A DNA stretch of 64,000 nt from assembly GCA_038882955.1 (NCBI GenBank), contig JAVZNC010000004.1:1-64000 (forward strand), in the 5' to 3' direction. The DNA is from Candidatus Bathyarchaeia archaeon (lineage in GTDB: Archaea; Thermoproteota; Bathyarchaeia; Bathyarchaeales; Bathycorpusculaceae). Shown in pieces: positions 62,048-64,000 of this stretch (its first letter is position 1; every line of letters starts with the position of its first letter). The position numbers and the translations under genes are program-made. The notes beneath the pieces were generated by a model that was given only the letters and a program-made list of their open reading frames with translations, searched no databases and was not told the origin of the DNA.

Positions 62048-63148
62048 ATGAAGATGCGTTCGCTTTACCTTGAATGGTACGTGAAAGTTCCAACCGTAAA
62101 GTTCGATTTCCGTTCGAGCGGTCTCGCCTACCTAAAACTTGACTTGACGTTGGGTGAAGTTGATTTAAGCGTCAACTACGCGCACGGCAATCCAGAGGCA
62201 ACAAAACTTTTGGCAGCAAGGTATGGTGTGAAGCCTGAAAACGTGTTCATTTCAAGCAACGGCGCATCTGGTCAAAACGTGCGCATAATAAGAGTATTAG
62301 CCGAAAAGACCCGCAAGAAGGAGGCTGTTGTTGAATATCCAACTTATGAGCCGCTATTGCGGCAAGTTCAAGAATATTTTCCCCGCGTAAAGAGGCTGGA
62401 GCGAAAAGCAGAAGAGGGCTATAGGCTTGGCGCCGACTCTCTGCGGAAAATTGTTTCAGAAAAAACCGGACTGCTTGTTGTCACGAATCCTCATGCGCCA
62501 AGCGGGGTAGCAACCACAAAAAGCGATTTAACCGAAATCATGGCAGTCGCCAAAGAATATGGTTTTTACGTGTTGTGTGATGAGATATACGCGGAATTCG
62601 AGAGAGCAAGCATACCGACAGCCTTCTCGGCTGACAAGGAGCTTGGAATAACAACCACAAGCTTTACCAAGGCTTATGGTTTGGGCGGTTTAAGGCTTGG
62701 CGTGGCTTTGGCTTCAGAAAAACTTGTGGAAGAGCTTTATGCTGATACGCTGAACACCATTGGAAACAGCTCAAACATAGTTCAGCTTATAGCTTCAAAG
62801 TTGTTAAGAGAGGACGTGCAGAAACTTGAAAGGCACAAGCATAAATGGGATACGCTTAAAAAGGAAACTGAAGAATGGCTTAACTCGAAGGAACTGGAAT
62901 ATTTCCAAAACAAGTTTGGCGTAACTTACTGGGTTAAAATGCCAATAAACGACACTTACAAGTGGATTAATGAAAGGGCAATACCAAAATACGGCGTAGC
63001 TCCAGTGCCGGGCACTTTCTTCCGTTTCAAAAGCGGTTACAAGCTTGCTAAATCAAGCATGATTAGGCTTGGACTCGGCAACATAAACCCAGAAAATCCA
63101 AACTTGCAATCGGCGCTTGAAGCCTTATGGAAAGCAATTAATGGATAG
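62048..63148 (+). CDS. PLP-dependent aminotransferase class I/II
   Basis: TNPHAPSG, DEIY, SFTKAYGLGGLRLG. Confidence 0.9.
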   Translation: MKMRSLYLEWYVKVPTVKFDFRSSGLAYLKLDLTLGEVDLSVNYAHGNPEATKLLAARYGVKPENVFISSNGASGQNVRIIRVLAEKTRKKEAVVEYPTYEPLLRQVQEYFPRVKRLERKAEEGYRLGADSLRKIVSEKTGLLVVTNPHAPSGVATTKSDLTEIMAVAKEYGFYVLCDEIYAEFERASIPTAFSADKELGITTTSFTKAYGLGGLRLGVALASEKLVEELYADTLNTIGNSSNIVQLIASKLLREDVQKLERHKHKWDTLKKETEEWLNSKELEYFQNKFGVTYWVKMPINDTYKWINERAIPKYGVAPVPGTFFRFKSGYKLAKSSMIRLGLGNINPENPNLQSALEALWKAING

Positions 63149-63149
63149 A

Positions 63150-64000
63150 TTAACGAGTTTTCTTTATGTTATACATTTTCAGCAGTTCCTTCAATGCCCA
63201 GCTGAACTTTTTCTGCAAGGTTTTTGGATAAAGCTTCGCTGGGTTAAATTTCACTTTTGCAGCCCACTGCGCGTAAACTCGCGGGTCAATGTAGGACTTA
63301 AGTGAAGTTCCCAGATTCCACTCTTTGGTTTCCTTCATCAAGGCGATGTCAAATTTTACTTTTTCAATTCTCGCCGTAATGGCATCTGCACTCTTCCCTT
63401 TTTTAACTCTTTCTTTCAGTTGGAGCTGCAACTCTTTTAGCCTAGCCTCCTTTTTTGCCAAGCGTTCTTCAAAGTTTGCTGGGACTTTCTTCTTGTGGTT
63501 TGCTATTTTTGCTCCTTCAAGATTAGCCATTTTCGCGTGGAACTGCTTCACGCATTCTGGGTCCTTTTCGCTGACATCGCATTTTTCTAGGTATTCCCTA
63601 ACAGCTTTTGTTGTTCTCCATGTCCTAAAAACTTTGGCTGTTAAGCCCTTCATTTTTTCTGAAAGGAACCGCGAAACCTTCTTCGAGTTTATTCCCTCAA
63701 ACAAATACTCTTTGCACGTTTTGGCATAATGCTCAATGTTTCTTATTACAGATTGTGGCGCCTTTATGGATTTCTCCCACCTAACCGCGTCTTTTCCCAA
63801 AAAGTCAAAATACAACGTATCGCCGTCTATTTTGATGTGTTCTGGACGCAATGTTATTGCGCCCACGGTGTCTGCTTCTCCAGAGTCTTTTTCGTCGCCG
63901 ACACGCATGTTCAGCGCATGGATTAGCCAGCTTACCGTTGCCACTTTGCGTCTTTTTTCATCCTTTGCATCGAGGTTCTTCATTATGTGTTCTTCAATTT
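63150..64000 (-). CDS. topIB: Type IB DNA topoisomerase, C-terminal part (5' end outside the window)
   Basis: RVGDEK..ADTVG, FDFLGKD, LTAKVFRT, NH, catalytic SLKSYIDPR; frame open to the window edge. Confidence 0.93.
   Translation of the reverse strand, partial: IEEHIMKNLDAKDEKRRKVATVSWLIHALNMRVGDEKDSGEADTVGAITLRPEHIKIDGDTLYFDFLGKDAVRWEKSIKAPQSVIRNIEHYAKTCKEYLFEGINSKKVSRFLSEKMKGLTAKVFRTWRTTKAVREYLEKCDVSEKDPECVKQFHAKMANLEGAKIANHKKKVPANFEERLAKKEARLKELQLQLKERVKKGKSADAITARIEKVKFDIALMKETKEWNLGTSLKSYIDPRVYAQWAAKVKFNPAKLYPKTLQKKFSWALKELLKMYNIKKTR

Overview
Archaeal chromosomal window, most consistent with Bathyarchaeia (TACK). This is inferred from gene content: type IB topoisomerase, short XPF, aRF1 with a Zn-finger insertion, EF-1alpha, archaeal SRP RNA, a tRNA-Gly with a non-canonical intron, ftr and PEF-CTERM-like tails. 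Positions 1-5942 look like the end of an integrated element: accessory genes, then a small RHH-like gene inside ~110-bp inverted repeats, then an orphan tRNA 3' end (att-like site). The rest holds a sugar/EMP cluster (class II Fba, PPi- and ATP-type PfkA, GH1, GalT, debranching enzyme, TpiA) and LipS1/LipS2 lipoyl synthase next to acyl-CoA and 2-oxoacid genes. It also holds a large redox/metal cluster (Zfx, SOD, ferritin-like, rubredoxin, NrdJ, DUF134/NifX with palindromic operators, OsmC, Prx, Rbr, PDO, HypA/ATPase-type HypB), RtcB/archease, an MtdA/B-like gene with ftr, aRF1 and Topo IB. All family calls come from motif recognition by eye, not database searches.
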